The notes under the pieces: generated by a model
Database searches by the model: none
The model's input: the letters and a program-made list of their open reading frames with translations, nothing else
What the model was told of the DNA's origin: nothing
Part shown: one piece after another, positions 51,147 to 61,394 of the stretch
How positions within the stretch are numbered: the stretch's first letter is position 1
How the letters are laid out: each line of letters starts with the position of its first letter
Assembly: GCA_963802945.1 (NCBI GenBank)
Contig: CAWDKY010000030.1
Location: 241,046 to 305,045, forward strand
DNA length: 64,000 bases
Origin: an uncultured delta proteobacterium
GTDB taxonomy: Bacteria; Desulfobacterota; RBG-13-43-22
Direction: 5' to 3'
Program-made: the position numbers and the translations under genes

Positions 51147-53015
51147 ATGGCATTAAATCCGTTAGTTGATTCGAGAGACTTAAGGTTTGCCCTGTTTGAG
51201 GTTCTGGAGGCGGACAAACTCAACCAGTATGAAAAGTTTGCTGATTTCGACAAGGATACCTTTGAGGCAACCCTGGAACTGGCCGAACAGATTGCCGTCG
51301 AACAGGTCTATCCGGCCAACATCGAAGCTGACAAAACCGGGGCCAAATATGAGCCCGAAACCAAGACCGTGAAGGTGCCCCAGGGATTCCATACGGCCAT
51401 GGACCTTTACCGGGAATCCGGCTTTTCCGGTTTGAGCAACGGCACTGAATTCGGAGGCATGGGCATGCCGGAAACCATTTATCGGGCCGTCATGGAGTAT
51501 TTCAGCGCTGCCGGTGTCGCCTTCAGCTCTTATGATACCCTGAAAGTCGGCGCCTGTAATCTGATTATCCATCACGGCACTGATGAGCTTAAAAAGACCT
51601 ATGTTGAGAAAATGGTGGCCGGTCAATGGGGCGGCACGATGTGTTTGACTGAACCGACGGCAGGTTCCGATGTCGGGGCCTTAAAGACCAAAGCCGTTAA
51701 ACAGGCCGACGGCACCTACCGTATCATTGGTCAAAAGATTTTTATCACGGCCGGCGATAATGATTTGTATGAAAATATCATCCATCCGGTCCTGGCCAGG
51801 ATTGAAGGCGATCCTCCCGGAACCAAGGGGATATCGATTTTTATCGTTCCCAAATATCTGGTCAACCCCGACGGCAGTATCGGCTGGCGAAATGACATTA
51901 TCACCACCGGCATTGAGCACAAAATGGGCATCAAGGGCTCGGCCACCTGTTCCCTTTCTTTCGGCGACAACAACCAGTGCGTCGGCTATCTGCTGGGACA
52001 GGAACGGCAGGGGATAGAAATCATGTTCCAGATGATGAACGAAGCGCGTCTGGATGTGGCCCAGCAGGCCATGGGTACGGCCAGTGGCGCTTATATGCAC
52101 GCCGTGACCTATGCCAAAAACAGAATCCAGGGCGCGGATCCGGCGGCCAAGAAGGGTGATTATACCTCGGTGCCGATCATCAAACATCCCGATGTCCGCA
52201 GGATGCTTCTGTGGATGAAATCGCAGGTGGAAGCCATGAGAATGCTGACCCTGCTGGCCGCTTATTCCGCCGATATGAGCCATGTCCAGGAAGGCGACGC
52301 AGCCCAGGAAGCCCAGGCGCTGCTGGATTTTCTGATCCCGCTTTGTAAAGCCGGCAATTCCGATCTGGCCTGGCTGATTACCTCCGAGGCCATGCAGGTT
52401 TACGGCGGATACGGCTACTGCTCGGAATATCCGGTGGAGCAACTGGCCCGGGACTGCAAGATCCTGGCCATCTATGAAGGCACCAACGGTATCCAGTCGG
52501 CGGATCTGATTAATAGAAAATTGCTTTTGAATCCGGGCATGTTTAATTACAATGTTTTTAAAAAGAGGATTTCCGAAACGATGGCCAAGGCCAAAGGGGT
52601 TGTTGAGGATAAGTATCTTTTGGCTATGAAGACGGCCGTTGAAAAAATGGAGGCCACCGTGCAGAAGCTGATCGAACTCCGAAACCAGGAGAAGAAACTG
52701 GATATCTTGGCCGTGGCCACGCCCCTGCAACAGGCCATGCGCATGGTGGCCCATGCCTGGATGCATCTGTGGTCCCTGTCGATTGCCGTTCCCAAACTCA
52801 AAGCCCTGGCCGGAGACATCGCCGGGGAAAAGGTCGTGGCCAAAGTCAAGGATAACGCCGAGGCGGCTTTCTATTACGGCAAAATCCTGTCGGACAGGTT
52901 TTATCTGGGTACCGAGTTAAAGCATCTGCCGGGGTATCTGGATTACATTACCTCCGAAGAGACAGCCCTTGGGGATTCTTTTGAAGAGGTATTTACAGGC
53001 GCTTTAACGCAGTAA
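51147..53015 (+). CDS. Long-type acyl-CoA dehydrogenase (FadE5/DmdC-like)
   Basis: GTMCLTEPTAGSD, EHKMGIKG, YEGTNGIQ. Confidence 0.93.
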   Translation: MALNPLVDSRDLRFALFEVLEADKLNQYEKFADFDKDTFEATLELAEQIAVEQVYPANIEADKTGAKYEPETKTVKVPQGFHTAMDLYRESGFSGLSNGTEFGGMGMPETIYRAVMEYFSAAGVAFSSYDTLKVGACNLIIHHGTDELKKTYVEKMVAGQWGGTMCLTEPTAGSDVGALKTKAVKQADGTYRIIGQKIFITAGDNDLYENIIHPVLARIEGDPPGTKGISIFIVPKYLVNPDGSIGWRNDIITTGIEHKMGIKGSATCSLSFGDNNQCVGYLLGQERQGIEIMFQMMNEARLDVAQQAMGTASGAYMHAVTYAKNRIQGADPAAKKGDYTSVPIIKHPDVRRMLLWMKSQVEAMRMLTLLAAYSADMSHVQEGDAAQEAQALLDFLIPLCKAGNSDLAWLITSEAMQVYGGYGYCSEYPVEQLARDCKILAIYEGTNGIQSADLINRKLLLNPGMFNYNVFKKRISETMAKAKGVVEDKYLLAMKTAVEKMEATVQKLIELRNQEKKLDILAVATPLQQAMRMVAHAWMHLWSLSIAVPKLKALAGDIAGEKVVAKVKDNAEAAFYYGKILSDRFYLGTELKHLPGYLDYITSEETALGDSFEEVFTGALTQ

Positions 53016-53175
53016 ACCCCACAGCACAGGTCAGATGTTACAGATGTTAGTGTACAGATTTAGGGTCGGCCCGAGCCAAGGGGTGAATCCTTCGGGTTCA
53101 GGCAGGGGTTAATTTTAAAAGAATGATAATAAAAAACAGCGGTTCTGCGGAAAAATCGGTTGAGGAAGCAAAGAG

Positions 53176-53210
53176 ATGCCGCCGTCCCTTAGTGCCTGAG
53201 ACGGCGGCAT
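53176..53210 (-). terminator. Intrinsic terminator hairpin
   Basis: ATGCCGCCGTC...GACGGCGGCAT between convergent genes. Confidence 0.7.
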
Positions 53211-53237
53211 TTGACGTGGTTCGATAGGGATATAGGA

Positions 53238-55097
53238 TTAGGCGAAATTGGCCAGTTCTACATTAGCCACCGCCGGTTCATTATTCATGATGCAGTCCAC
53301 CCGGCCAAAGAATTTCGGATATTCTGCGCCGATGAAAAACTGCGCCGACAGCACGCGGCCGTAATAGTAAGCGGCTTCAGCATTACTCTCGAGAAGCTTT
53401 TTGAGGTCGTCACCCTTAGCGCCGCCTACCAGGGCCTGGCACTTCGGCCCCGTGACGGTGAGGCTCCAGAGGTGCAGCCAAGCCAGGATCAAGAGAAACA
53501 TGGCCTGCTGGAGCGGCGTCGCGTTGGCAGCGAGTTCTACCAGCTGGCCACCCATAAGCTGCCCGGCCATCATATTGACGATCTCGTCAAGTTGCTCCAT
53601 GCCCTTGGCGACCGGGGCAATGTACTTGTCGTCCACGACGCCTTTGGCCTTAGCAACGGTCTCGGCCATATACTTCTTGAGCATCTTGTAGTTGTACATG
53701 TCGGGATTCAAGAGCATTTTGCGCATCAGCAAATCCATCGACTGAATGGCATTGGTGCCTTCATAGATGGAGAAAACCTTGACGTCGCGGGCATACTGCT
53801 CGGCGGGATATTCCTGGCAGTAACCATAGCCTCCGTAAACCTGCATGGCTTCAGCCGTAACCAGCCAACCGGCGTCGGAGATGCCGGCCTTGACGATGGG
53901 CGTAAGAATTTCCACGATGCCCGTCGACTCCATTCTCTCTTCTTCCGACGGCGAGGCCTGCTCGACATCTTCGTGATAAGACAGGAAATAGCAGAGCATC
54001 CTCATGCCTTCGATGGTACTCTTCATATAAAGCAGCATGCGTTTGACGTCGGGATGCTCGATAATGGCCACGCGCGGCGCGGCTTTGTTCATTGATTGCG
54101 AGATATGGGTGCCTTGAATGCGCTCTTTGGCATAATCGACGGCATGCATATAGGCGGCACTGGATACTGCTTCCGCCTGAAGCCCGGTATGGATGCGGGC
54201 GGCGTTCATGAGCATGAACATGACCTTCATGCCTTTTCGTTCCTGGCCCAGCAGGTAGCCGACGCATTTGCCGTTTTCGCCGAAATTCAGCGTTGAGGTG
54301 GCATTGCCTTTGATTCCCATTTTATGTTCGACGCCGGCGCAAAATACATCGTTGCGCGCGCCCAGCGTTCCATCGGGATTCACCAGGAACTTCGGCACCA
54401 CGAAAATCGAAATGCCTTTCGTCCCTTCCGGGTCGCCTTCAATGCGGGCCAGCACCGGATGAATGATATTTTCCGTCAGGTCGTGTTCGCCGTTGGAAAT
54501 GAAGATCTTCTGACCCGTAATGAGATAGGTGCCGTCCGCCTGCTTGACCGCCTTGGTCTTCAGCACGCCGAGATCGGAACCCGCGGTGGGCTCTGTGAGA
54601 CACATGGTGCCGCCCCATTTACCTTCCATCATTTTGGGGACAAACATGTTCTTGACCTCTTCCGAACCAAAAGTCTCAATAATTGAGATGGCGCCGCTGA
54701 TGGCACCGCAATACATGGTCAAGGCCGTGTTGCCGGCGTTGAAATATTCGGCGGCCGCTGTGGCAATTGCGTTCGGAAGACCCATTCCTCCTATATCCTG
54801 AGGAAACTGCAGGATATGGAAGCCGGCCTCCAAATAGGCGTTAAAGGCCTTGTGAAAGGATTCGGGGACCTTGACTTCATTTTTTGCGGCGTCGAACTTC
54901 AGCCCGATTCTGTCGCCATCGACGTTCGACGGGAAAAACTGCTCAAAGGCAATTTCTTCGGCCAGCTTGAGCGTATCTTCATAGACGCTCCGGTCAAAAT
55001 CCTTGAATGGCTCGAGGCGGTTGAGTTTCTCAATCTCGAGCATTTCAAACAGAGTAAAACGAACATCACGTGAATCTACCAATTGACTTACAGCCAT
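53238..55097 (-). CDS. Long-type acyl-CoA dehydrogenase, paralog of 51147-53015
   Basis: Same motifs; convergent orientation. Confidence 0.93.
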   Translation of the reverse strand: MAVSQLVDSRDVRFTLFEMLEIEKLNRLEPFKDFDRSVYEDTLKLAEEIAFEQFFPSNVDGDRIGLKFDAAKNEVKVPESFHKAFNAYLEAGFHILQFPQDIGGMGLPNAIATAAAEYFNAGNTALTMYCGAISGAISIIETFGSEEVKNMFVPKMMEGKWGGTMCLTEPTAGSDLGVLKTKAVKQADGTYLITGQKIFISNGEHDLTENIIHPVLARIEGDPEGTKGISIFVVPKFLVNPDGTLGARNDVFCAGVEHKMGIKGNATSTLNFGENGKCVGYLLGQERKGMKVMFMLMNAARIHTGLQAEAVSSAAYMHAVDYAKERIQGTHISQSMNKAAPRVAIIEHPDVKRMLLYMKSTIEGMRMLCYFLSYHEDVEQASPSEEERMESTGIVEILTPIVKAGISDAGWLVTAEAMQVYGGYGYCQEYPAEQYARDVKVFSIYEGTNAIQSMDLLMRKMLLNPDMYNYKMLKKYMAETVAKAKGVVDDKYIAPVAKGMEQLDEIVNMMAGQLMGGQLVELAANATPLQQAMFLLILAWLHLWSLTVTGPKCQALVGGAKGDDLKKLLESNAEAAYYYGRVLSAQFFIGAEYPKFFGRVDCIMNNEPAVANVELANFA

Positions 55098-55477
55098 AAA
55101 TTCCTCCTTTGAAAAATAAATAAGGTGGTTGCCAAATTCGAGGCCGGCCAGGGGAGAGTTTACTTTTATTTCAGGGGGTTAACTATTTCTATTGCCTGTC
55201 GGTAATCCCAAACCGGTTTCATCCGAAAACCTATGGACATTAACTTTTTTCAAGCGGCATTCTATCTAAGATTTAAATTAAGTCAATTGATATTTATGGA
55301 TTGAGTATTGGCCAATTGTGTATTTTGAATTGGGGTCGGACCAGGCCAGGGGATTAAATTCGAGGTCTAGGGTCAGGTCTATAATCTTGCACATTACGTG
55401 GTCAAAGCAGAACACTGCGGCAGGGTTTTTTATAAGCAGGCCATAGTTGATGTCGGTTGGCTTGACATCAAAGGGTC

Positions 55478-56335
55478 CTACCTATGTTCACAAAATCCAC
55501 CGTCGATCGTAATGACCTTACCGGTCACATAATCGGATAGATCGGTCACCAGGAACTCCACAACCTTGGCGCAATCTTCAATCGTTCCTTCCCTTCGGAG
55601 GGGGATTTGGGCAGCCATCCGGCTTCGGTCTCCGAGTCGGCCGGTGCGTATTATGCCCGGAGCAATACTATTGACATTGATATTATACGGCCCCAGCTCC
55701 TGAGCGAGGGATCGGGTATAATGAATGATGGCTGCCTTAGCCATCCCATAGGGATGATAGAAGGCCGTGGCGCGAATACCGGCCCCGGAAGAAGAGGTAA
55801 CGATTTTTCCCCATCGCTGCGCTTTCATATAGGGCGCAACGGCCATGCAAGTGTACATACAGGACATCAGGTTAATGTCCAATACTCTCACTAACATTTG
55901 CTGGGGACAATTCGCCGGGGTTCCGGTCAGGCCGATGTCTTTTATCTTTCCCTCTGAAAGCTTGCCGTAAGGATTTTTCTCCGCTTCAACCTCATCGGCA
56001 AAGGTGACTGTGCCGCCCCCGGCGTTACAGACGGCAATATCGATTCGTTCCAGCTGATCGACAATATCGGCCACCGCCTTTTCCGTTGCTGGCCGGTCCG
56101 TTAAATCCACCTGGATGCCGATCGACCGAACCCCAAGGGCTCGGCACTCTTCCATGACGGTAGAGGCCGTCATCTGTTCCTTTTCAAAATCATACACATC
56201 TGCGGAATGGAGATTTCTATCCACAATAGCGATATCAGCCCCTAATCCCGCCAAGCGCAGTGCATAACCTCTTCCCAGGCCACGGGCTCCGCCTGTGATC
56301 ATGGCCACTTTACCGGTCAATTTTTTTTCGCCCAT
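55478..56335 (-). CDS. SDR family oxidoreductase
   Basis: TGGARGLG, CNAG, YGMAK. Confidence 0.92.
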   Translation of the reverse strand: MGEKKLTGKVAMITGGARGLGRGYALRLAGLGADIAIVDRNLHSADVYDFEKEQMTASTVMEECRALGVRSIGIQVDLTDRPATEKAVADIVDQLERIDIAVCNAGGGTVTFADEVEAEKNPYGKLSEGKIKDIGLTGTPANCPQQMLVRVLDINLMSCMYTCMAVAPYMKAQRWGKIVTSSSGAGIRATAFYHPYGMAKAAIIHYTRSLAQELGPYNINVNSIAPGIIRTGRLGDRSRMAAQIPLRREGTIEDCAKVVEFLVTDLSDYVTGKVITIDGGFCEHR

Positions 56336-56491
56336 AGGCTATCTCCTAATAAAAATGATTGATAAGGTTCAAAAGTTGTGTGTGGCCGCCATAAGAAAAA
56401 TTTTTGATTTGTTTTTCTCCTCGACCCGGTCTTTTCCCTGTCTTAATATTTAACCACCAAAGAAAAAATTATTATCAACTTACTGTTCTGC

Positions 56492-58225
56492 TCAGGGACC
56501 GGCCAGGGGTGAGGTCACATCCTGGAATGAAGTTTTGAACGATGTGACTACATCCACCACTGTGGGCCTTTCACCCTTTAGGGCCTCGGCCAGGGCTGCG
56601 GAGATCTGACCCGGCTCTTCAACTCGAATACCCTGGCAACCCATGGCCTTGGCGATTTCAGCGTAATTCATATTTTTAAAATCACTGGCAATGACCCTTT
56701 TCCCCTGTCCGTGCTTGACCCAGCCCAGGGCCGAGTTGTTGAAGATCACTACGCCAATGGGGATATTTTGTTCAAAGGCCGTCATCAGCCCGTTCATGGC
56801 CATGCCGAAACCGCCGTCTCCGCAGACCGCCAGGACCTGGCGGTCGGGATAGATGAGCTTGGCAGCCATGGCCGCCGGAATGGCGTAGCCCATGGCCCCG
56901 ATACCCGGCATGATTAAGGTCCCGGCCCCTTTGGTCTGGAACAGATGGGTCATGAAGAGCCGGTTCTCGCCTGCGTCACAGGCAATAAAGGCGTCATCGG
57001 CAATCGCTTTATGGATTTCAGCAATCAGCCTTTCAGGCAGGATGGGCCTTTCTTCGGATCTGTAAGCCGGTACATTGAAAAAGTGGTACTCCTCTTTCAA
57101 TTTTTTCAAGGCCTCTTTCCTATGGCTAATGGTTTCTACCGAAGGCCGGCCGTTTTTTTGGATGGCTGCGGTTAACTGCGACATGACTATGGCCGCATCA
57201 CCGATAATCCGGTGTTCACAGGGGAAAGACCATCCGGCGTTTTTTGGCTCGATATCGACCTGAATAAGGTTCTGTCGCTGAGGATCAATAAGCTCAGGGT
57301 TTTCCCTGGCCGTGTCTACAGGACCGAGTCGGGTCCCAACGCAAAAAACCCAATCGGCCTGGCCGATAAAGGCATTGGCCGTGGCTTGGCCGTAGTTGCC
57401 AAAGGCGCCGAGGGCCAGTTCATGGGTTTCGGGGAAAACCCCTTTGCCGGCAGCCGTGGTCCCCACCGGGGCTCCCAGGATTTCAGACAGTGCCTTAAGT
57501 TCTTTATAGGCCTGACTGAGACGGACCCCGTTCCCGGCCAGGATCACGGGATTTTTTGCTTCCAGCAGTGACTTAGCGGCGGCCTCAATCAGGGTGGGAT
57601 CTCCGGCGAGTTTTGGCGGCAGATAGAACCGGGTGGGGTACAGGACCGGGGTGCTGTTCGGGCCGACCCGGCCCCGGAAGGCCGCGCTGTGGCAGATGAC
57701 CGCCACCGGACCCTGTTCCCCGCTTAAAGCGTGTTTCATAGCCAGCTGGACCATCTGAACAGCCTGCACAGGTTCCTGGGGCACCATGGTCAACTTAGTT
57801 ACGCCGCTAAAGCTTTGTTTGGCATCCCAGGCGCCGTATTCCCCCGTTCCGGACTGATAGGGGGCATGCTGTGAAAAGGGTGATTGATCAGAAAGATCAG
57901 TTAGTATCAGCATCGGCGAACTGCCGAGATGAGCCTCGACCACGCCCAAGAGCCCGTTGGAAATCATAAAGGTCCCCTGTCCGATGGCCACGCCTGGTTT
58001 CCCGGTCAGGCGCCCGTAAACCTCGGCCATGACACCGGCCAGGGATTCGTGGCGCACCAGGACTGTCCTGATGGTGGATTGATGAAAATAGAGGGCATGG
58101 AAAAACCTCCCGGTATTTCCTCCGGCTATGCCGAAGACCATATCGATGCCCATCTCCTCCAGTACACGCATAATGGCTTCAGGAGCCGAAACATCTTCCT
58201 GTAGTAACTTTTCCGTAGTCGTCAT
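56492..58225 (-). CDS. Thiamine-pyrophosphate-binding enzyme (acetolactate synthase-like)
   Basis: VRHE, GDGGF..NN; RBS AAGGAGG before ATG 58225. Confidence 0.92.
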   Translation of the reverse strand: MTTTEKLLQEDVSAPEAIMRVLEEMGIDMVFGIAGGNTGRFFHALYFHQSTIRTVLVRHESLAGVMAEVYGRLTGKPGVAIGQGTFMISNGLLGVVEAHLGSSPMLILTDLSDQSPFSQHAPYQSGTGEYGAWDAKQSFSGVTKLTMVPQEPVQAVQMVQLAMKHALSGEQGPVAVICHSAAFRGRVGPNSTPVLYPTRFYLPPKLAGDPTLIEAAAKSLLEAKNPVILAGNGVRLSQAYKELKALSEILGAPVGTTAAGKGVFPETHELALGAFGNYGQATANAFIGQADWVFCVGTRLGPVDTARENPELIDPQRQNLIQVDIEPKNAGWSFPCEHRIIGDAAIVMSQLTAAIQKNGRPSVETISHRKEALKKLKEEYHFFNVPAYRSEERPILPERLIAEIHKAIADDAFIACDAGENRLFMTHLFQTKGAGTLIMPGIGAMGYAIPAAMAAKLIYPDRQVLAVCGDGGFGMAMNGLMTAFEQNIPIGVVIFNNSALGWVKHGQGKRVIASDFKNMNYAEIAKAMGCQGIRVEEPGQISAALAEALKGERPTVVDVVTSFKTSFQDVTSPLAGP

Positions 58226-58240
58226 ATATTCCTCCTTTAA

Positions 58241-58525
58241 CAGGTTGCTGAAACCGGGTACCGTCCGAAAGGACGGGAGTGAGCCGAGACTTGGGGCGAA
58301 CAAAAAGGCCCTTCTATCCCGCCATCGGCGGGATTGCCCTCATCTCTCCCGCCTTTCGCTGGGGCAGGCTATGCGGCGTACTTCGATGTACGCCTCATGC
58401 CTCGAGATTTCTTCGCGTAAAGGACAACGCTCAGTCCCACCCCTTCGGGGCGGGTTCCCGGTTTTGGGCGCCTTGAATCTATACCTTTTTGAGCAACCTG
58501 TAAAAAATATTTTTTCAACATCCTG
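58241..58525. mobile_element. MITE with terminal inverted repeats, flanked by TTAA
   Basis: ttaa-CAGGTTGCTGAAA...TTTCAACATCCTG-ttaa; internal GGCGTAC/GTACGCC hairpin. Confidence 0.75.
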
Positions 58526-58983
58526 TTAATGATAATGGCTCCCCGCACCGTGATGGGGGAATCTTCCAGGCAAGGAAAATTTTTGCTTTGGTAGTTCGCC
58601 CATTAACCCCCCGCAGTCACGCCTTTGGAGTAACAGGGCAGGACGTTTATTTAGATTGGCATAGGCCATCTATTTAGACAGTGTTTAATAAGGTTGTCAA
58701 TCTCTAAAAAGTTTTGTTTTGGCACGTTTTTTATGGGGGTCTTGAACCTTGTACCGTACCGGATAACCATTAAGATTTCCCCTGAGGGTTGATTTGAGAA
58801 GTTCTTCCTGAAATGTTGATTTTAAATTTTGGCTCTTTTTACTATAATACAACAGTAATCAACAAAAATGACTTGCAATTTATTGACTTTTTAGTTAGTA
58901 AAGAATAATAAATCATAAATAATTTAAACAAGTTTCCTTTTTAGCAACCTTTTACCAAGGTCGTGTCAAAGGAGGCAAATAAA

Positions 58984-59547
58984 GTGCTACACAATTTTTG
59001 GAGCAGTTCTATATTTGGGTTTATCGTGTTAAATGTAGTGGGTTTTATTTTAGGTTATTTTGCTGGCTTATCTAAGAGTATGAGAAATAATTCTTTCAAA
59101 TTGCCTAAAATCGTTCATAAAGCCTATGTGATTATCTTATTTGTTCTGCCCATATGTATTTTGCCATTTCTTCCCCAACCTAGATTTGATTTTCACCTCT
59201 GGACATTAATAATCGGAATTGCATTAACAGTTATCGGTATAACTATTGAAATTTTTGCTTTTTGTAAGATTGGTATCATCCCCGGTGGTAAAGCAGGAAA
59301 TAAAGTTATAAATGCAGGCATTTATAGTTTGGTAAGACATCCTATATATTCTGGTACCATTTTATGGTCTTTAGGAATAGTTTTAATTTTAAGGGCTAAA
59401 TACGCTTTAATATACGTACCAATTTTTATTATCCTTTCTATGTTTTTGACATTAGCTGAGGAGAACGGATTGATAGAAGATTTTGGGGGAAACTATAAAG
59501 AATATAAGAAAAAGACTAAATGGAGACTTTTCCCCTATTTATTTTGA
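58984..59547 (+). CDS. Isoprenylcysteine carboxylmethyltransferase / PEMT family membrane protein
   Basis: GIYSLVRHPIYSG, EENGL..FG..YKEY; AT-rich. Confidence 0.88.
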   Translation: MLHNFWSSSIFGFIVLNVVGFILGYFAGLSKSMRNNSFKLPKIVHKAYVIILFVLPICILPFLPQPRFDFHLWTLIIGIALTVIGITIEIFAFCKIGIIPGGKAGNKVINAGIYSLVRHPIYSGTILWSLGIVLILRAKYALIYVPIFIILSMFLTLAEENGLIEDFGGNYKEYKKKTKWRLFPYLF

Positions 59548-59824
59548 AAATATAGAAGTTCGGGACTTCATATAACAGCGGGCTGGCGGGCTCGCTTGAA
59601 CGGCGAAGGAACTATCAGATTTCACAAACGGGAGAACGTAGACGTGAGAATGACTGCGATTGAGAAGCATTTCATCAATAGTCCGGAGCATACACTCCGA
59701 TGGTTCAGGGAATAGCCATCGGCTATCCCGACTGGGACACGCCGGTCAATAAACTTCGCACGGCAAGAGAGCCTCTGGATAAGATGGCGAAAGTTTACTA
59801 ACCTAAAACAAATGCAAAACCCAA

Positions 59825-59855
59825 TTGGAATGGGCGAGATTGATTCAAAAATTTA
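59825..59855 (+). mobile_element. Tiny IS91-family transposase C-terminal remnant
   Basis: Encodes WARLIQK. Confidence 0.4.
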
Positions 59856-59936
59856 TTAGGTTGAGCTTTTCTTCACCTACTCATCCTCTCAACCTAGTAA
59901 TATTGTTTCTGGTCAGCCCTAAGAAAGGAACCCTCG

Positions 59937-61063
59937 ATGAAATTATTCGAACCGATTACTATCCGTGGTATGGTCGTACCGAACCGCATTGTCTATCCGG
60001 CCATTCAATTGAATATGGGCATGAATAGCCGGCGGGCTCGAGCTTTTACAGCGAGCACGCCAAAGGGGGCGCCGGTCTTATTCTAACTGCCAATACCGCA
60101 ATCGATAACTTTGCCTGCGAGGACCTCTGGGGCGGCACCGCAGGCCTGAACGATTTTATCAAAAGGCTGCGTGTTTTTACCGGTGATGTCCACGCCGCCG
60201 GCGGCAAAATCGGGGTGCAGTTATGGCAGGCAAACCGCTTTCCACAAGGTAAAGGGGTGCAAGCTGCCGGCAAAGAAATGTACCCGGACAGCGGAGAACG
60301 TATTGCGCCGTCCACGGTAGAGGATATGCGGGCTTTGACCCTTCCCGAAATCGATGCCATCATTTACCGTTTTGCCAAAGGCGCCCGTAACGTGCGTGAC
60401 GCCGGCTTTGACTGCGTGGAAATCCATGGCGCCCATAGATACTTACTGGCACAATTTTCCAACCTGGCGACCAATCAGCGGACTGACCAGTTCGGTAGCG
60501 ATTTGACCGGCAGGATGAAAATGGGAGTAGACATCGTTAAAGCCATGCGGGCTTTTGTGGGTCCGGATTTCCCCATTTTGTTCCGGCTGGGGGCTTTGGA
60601 GGAAAGCGGCCAAATACATCAAGATAGTTTGATATACGCTAGGAATTAGAAAAAGCCGGGGTGGATTGCCTGGATATTTCTACTGGCGGCTGGGGCCGAA
60701 TCCTGTCACGCCCCCAAACATCGCCCGATGGGTACATTTGTCTATCTCGCGGAACCGATTAAAAAAGTGGTTAAAATACCGGTGATTGCCGTGGGTAAAA
60801 TCAACAGCCCCGAGGTAGCGGAATCAATTCTGGAAAAAGGACAGGCGGATATGGTCGCCATCGGTAGACAATTAATAGCCGACCCTTACTGGCCTTTAAA
60901 AGTAAAGGAAAATCGGTTTAAAGATGTGGTGGCTTGCGAGTCTTGTAATATCAACTGTTCCGCACCGGCATTCGAGCGTAAATTAGCTCCGGATGCGCCT
61001 ATCTGTAAAAACAACCCATTCGTGGGAAAAGAATGGGAAGTAAAAGCTTCGAGTAGTTTGTAA
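59937..61063 (+). pseudogene. NADH:flavin oxidoreductase (Old Yellow Enzyme family), several frameshifts
   Basis: MKLFEPITIRGMVVPNRIV..; AGFDCVEIHGAH; DMVAIGRQLIADP. Confidence 0.85.
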
Positions 61064-61394
61064 TTTTTAATTGAAAAATAGAATGTAAGTAACGAGCAAA
61101 AAACTTTTATGTGAGATTAAGGAGTTCTTCCTCTAAATTCAAATTTTAAAAAAACGGAGGAGTTCAAATAGTAATCGATAATTTTTAAGGTTATGTTTTT
61201 CGTGGATTTTTAGGTGGAAGCGAAAAATTTAAAGGCAGTGAGTCGGATTTATAGTATTCCGAAGAGTAGGTACCAGTTTTTTTCAGATAATCTTAATTTG
61301 ATTTGTTGTCATCCTCGCCTATTGAAATAATAGGCGTTTTTCCCAATGGCATTTTGCATCATCCTGAGCCAGATCCCTTTTTCTCATAAAAAGT

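Larger units (their letters stand above)
28872..55400 (+). repeat. Dispersed modular spacer family B (M1 GGGGTCGGACCAGGCCAAGGG; M2 GGGGTCAGGTCTTGAATCTTGCACATT; M3 promoter)
   Basis: M1 near 28874, 30476, 31751, 33125, 34256, 36033, 38765, 44993, 49524, 53062, 55332; M2 near 29878, 33241, 34407, 40413, 44221, 45030, 49589, 55370. Confidence 0.9.

Noticed and set aside
28860-55400. Classical integron or CALIN
   Set aside because: No intI and no paired RYYYAAC/GTTRRRY attC stems seen at the junctions.
58530-58640. GC-rich leader upstream of the TPP enzyme as a TPP riboswitch
   Set aside because: Lacks the GCTGAGA and CCTGAT..TAAT motifs on either strand.
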